A stretch of 64,000 nucleotides of DNA from NCBI GenBank assembly GCA_951406725.2, contig OX597819.1, positions 40,610,001 to 40,674,000 on the forward strand, read 5' to 3'. Position 1 is the first letter of the stretch, and each line of letters opens with the position of its first letter. Under the pieces are notes generated by a model, which saw only the letters and a program-made list of their open reading frames with translations, did no database searches and was not told the DNA's origin. Source of the stretch: Octopus vulgaris. Lineage: Eukaryota. Of this stretch, positions 60,632-64,000 are shown piece by piece. The translations under genes were made by a program, and so were the position numbers.

Positions 60632-61060
60632 ACAGGGTACAGTGAATAAACTGTTGTCTAAATTATGCAGAAATGAAAATAACACTTGCATCTCATTTTA
60701 ACAGATATATTCACCAAAATTACATAAAAAATCTTGAAAGGAGTAAATTTATTTAATAAAATCACTATTGTCTTCAGCCACAGCTTCCAGATGACTTCGG
60801 AATGTCCTGCAACTCTTCTGGACAGTCTCCTTGTTTAAGTTGGTGAATGCTGCCATAATCCTCTCCTTCAGTTCATCGTTGGCATTACAAGGAGTTTTGT
60901 TGGTCTCTCACTCAACTGTGCCCCACACAAGAGGTTTGCAGTCTGGGGAGTTATGTGTCCAGATGTGAGGGGTGATGATGTGGTCGCAGAAATTGTCTGA
61001 AAGCCATAACTGAGTTCTCCTGCTTGTGTGGCATGGTGCAGAGCTTGTTGCAAGACGTAG
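60632..61060 (-). mobile_element. Tc1/mariner-superfamily remnant (3' end)
   Basis: W--NSPDC-PL-VWG-VE motif; terminus TA|cagggt. Confidence 0.7.
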
Positions 61061-61284
61061 GGTCTTCCAGAAGAACATTTTAGAATCGGTTTTAGTCATT
61101 GTGACTGAAAAACAAATAATGGAAAAATTAAATGAAATGTTTTTTGAAAAAAAAGTATATTTCCATAGTTTTCAAATGCAAGGGACACTTTCCTTTTTTC
61201 TGCCTGTCACTGTCTCTCTTTTTCACTCTTAAGGGTTCTAGGTAGTTAGCAGCAGCTATATATATATATATGTATATATCTATA

Positions 61285-61335
<51 letters not shown>

Positions 61336-61423
61336 CGCTTGGTAACAGGTGGGAGTTGGCATCAGGAAGGGCATCCGGCCGTAGAAAGTTTGCCACACGC
61401 TTAGCGCTGCGTATATGTGCATA

Positions 61424-63258
61424 TCTACTACATATGTGGAAAACCGGTGTGTTTGTTTGTGGCGTTGTTAGTTAACTCCTCCTACATCGTTTTATCGATG
61501 TTGATGAAACTTGACACGTGAGTAGAACTCATGTCTGGAAACTCTGTGACATACTTAGATTGTTGAAAAAAATCAATAATACGGCCCCTGGGAGGGATCT
61601 TTATATCTACCTCATATAATTAATTTTTTAAACACCCAAGGGAAATAACCCATAGCACCTGCATAATATTTTTTAAACACTCAAGGGAAATAACCCATAG
61701 CACCTGCACTTACAGTTGTTAGTTTTTAGCGAAGCGATCAATATTTCATTCTCACGATCAGCGGACCTAATTCTGCATTTCACTACTCAGAGTTTTCAAC
61801 TGCTAAACCTTATTATTGCACTTTCTTGATGCATGTACACTTTCAATGCCCATAGTTCCAATAATTCTGCATTTTTCCAGTTAAAATTTTTCGATGATAG
61901 TACATAAATTTTTGATTCCAGAATGTATGTAATAAGTGTCTCCCAATACAAGGAACTCATACTTTGAATGCTTAAAATTCTTAAAAAATGAAACCAAACT
62001 TCCACACCACATTCAGTTAGGACACTCTGTATCACTTATACTTATTTTACAAATCATAATATTTATTGCTTATTTACAGTTCATACATCAATTTCATGAA
62101 ACTAACTGAGCCATCGAATTTAGAAATATTTTACAGGTTTCAATTGTTTATGTTCAATTACTTTGAATATTGATTTTTTTGTGTGTCCAATTTCTAATTT
62201 TTGCAGACAATATCACTTTTATATTTTATTTGACATGTGAGTAGAACTCATGTCTGGAAACCGTGTGACATACTTAGATTGTTGAAAAAAAAATCGATAA
62301 TAGGGCCCCCTCCAATGGATCCTTCTATCTACTACATATTACTAACTTTTTATTTAAACAACCCAAGGGAAATAACCCATACCATCTGCAGTTTTTAGTG
62401 AAGCGACCAATATTTGATTCTCACGTTCAGCCGACCTAATTCTGCATTTCACTACTCAGTCTTGAACTGCTAAACATTACTATTGTACTTCATTGATTTG
62501 AATCTTAAACCTTAAAGACTTCATTAATACATTTCTATACATACATATTTTTTTGCATGGCCATTACTCCAATAATTCTGCATTTTTATGTAGTGGTTTC
62601 ATGCAGGCATAGCATGGATTCAATCCTTAATTGCCAAATTTCACTAAACACTTCAACAGTGCTTTTCTTATGATATAACAATAGTTTTTCTGTGAATGAC
62701 AGCAGTTATACATTTCCCAGATGCATTCGCTAAGTAGAATAATCTCTTTGCTACTTGACTCTTCTAACCTCTTCTAGGCTACTAGGGGCTGGAATGGAGA
62801 TAACAGACCTCCAATGAAATCATTTGTTCTGTTATCCTTCTGGCTGTTTTTTGATAGTTATAAATAGTTATAAAAACTCCGTAAGCTAAAGGCAGTTACT
62901 GAGACTGACCATCAGTGAGTGTGAACATTATTATTGCACTTTCTTCATTTTATTCTTAGACATTAAACACTTCATTCATATATTTACATACGTATATACT
63001 ACATTTATATATTACCGTTAATAAATCAGCTTTCATAAAGTTCACCTTTAAAATGCCACGATGAGTCAGAGTACTTTCTTGCAAACCTCCAAAAACCTCT
63101 CTCGCCAACCTCCAACAAATTCTCCCTCCTCCAGCTGATAGTTTTTGTACTTTTGTACTTTTGTGGCTGTTAAAACGAAATTGCTTTCTTATATCAGAAT
63201 AATAAGGTATTTTAATAGAACATCTCTACCCACCGGAATTTCTGGGTACACCAGCTAG
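61424..63258 (+). mobile_element. Non-autonomous Helitron (~1.8 kb) with internal duplication
   Basis: A|TCTACTACATATGTGGAAAA start; ccggaatttctgg hairpin then ccagCTAG|T end; ~61510-61880 is repeated at ~62230-62590. Confidence 0.78.
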
Positions 63259-64000
63259 TATATATATGGTAAATAAACAAACGACATAACATATACTGAA
63301 TGTAAAAATAAACGGGAGACAAACAGAAGGTCCGTAATTCTTCATCAGTTATTGACTAACTGGTAATATTCAGTTTTGCGCCTTTGACAATAAGACTGAG
63401 TGTTTCCCAATTGGTGGTGCCCTAAAAAAAATTTTCTTGTGGAGAATTAAGGATGAGAACAATTGTCTTATACGTATATAAAAGCAAGTTGTCTGTTTGT
63501 GTCAAGTTGCCATCTATGCCCTTTAACAAATTTTCATGAAACTTTGCAAACATGCTAAAGTAGCATCCAGTTTGTTACTAGACTCATTGAAGTTTAATAA
63601 AAGTCTATAATTGGATAGTTGGGGCTCCTAGAAGGGATCCACATATATAACCAATATATTTTCCCTTTAACAGCCAGGGGAAATAACCCATTCATTTTCC
63701 TAGCCAAGGGAAGTAACCCCTTCATTTTCCAATATATAATAAATGAAAAAATATATAAAATAATTCTTGATTTATTAAACAAGCATTCTACATTACGTGG
63801 ACTTTCTTACAAGAACTTAATTCACGTATATACTATGAATGACGATGCCTTTCATGTCACTTCAGCCAATTGACAAGCACTGCATGAAGAACTGTTCTGT
63901 TTTTAGACAAATGCACTGTCATCACAAAGGTCACACTCTGTTTACATCTAGGAACAACTTCTTAATTTATATTGATAGGTGTGTTAATATTTTGCAACGA

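Overview
AT-rich, intron-dominated animal genomic DNA packed with SINE, LINE, Tc1/mariner, Helitron and MITE remnants and (TA/CA/CAT)n microsatellites. The repeat landscape looks like an Octopus (cephalopod) genome; that is an inference from recalled repeat families. Most ORFs in the supplied track are repeat or microsatellite artefacts. Three host genes are supportable. (1) B9D2/MKSR2, a ciliary transition-zone protein, on the minus strand: coding exons 6427-6340 and 2907-2782, the rest lying outside the window, with a probable non-coding first exon near 14.8-14.9 kb next to an RFX X-box. (2) A gamma-glutamylaminecyclotransferase (GGACT)-like gene on the plus strand: one first coding exon (27771-27965) and two intact, tandemly duplicated terminal exons (33867-34145 and 39988-40266). 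Both carry the catalytic Glu but differ at 18 of 92 residues, with a one-directional charge shift. (3) The first coding exon of an unidentified plus-strand gene (60322-60460). The best candidate for an undescribed system is the GGACT locus, which could make two enzymes with exchangeable catalytic halves by alternative last-exon choice. No rRNA, true tRNA, CRISPR or prokaryotic feature was found. All alignments and counts were done by eye and repeat boundaries are approximate.
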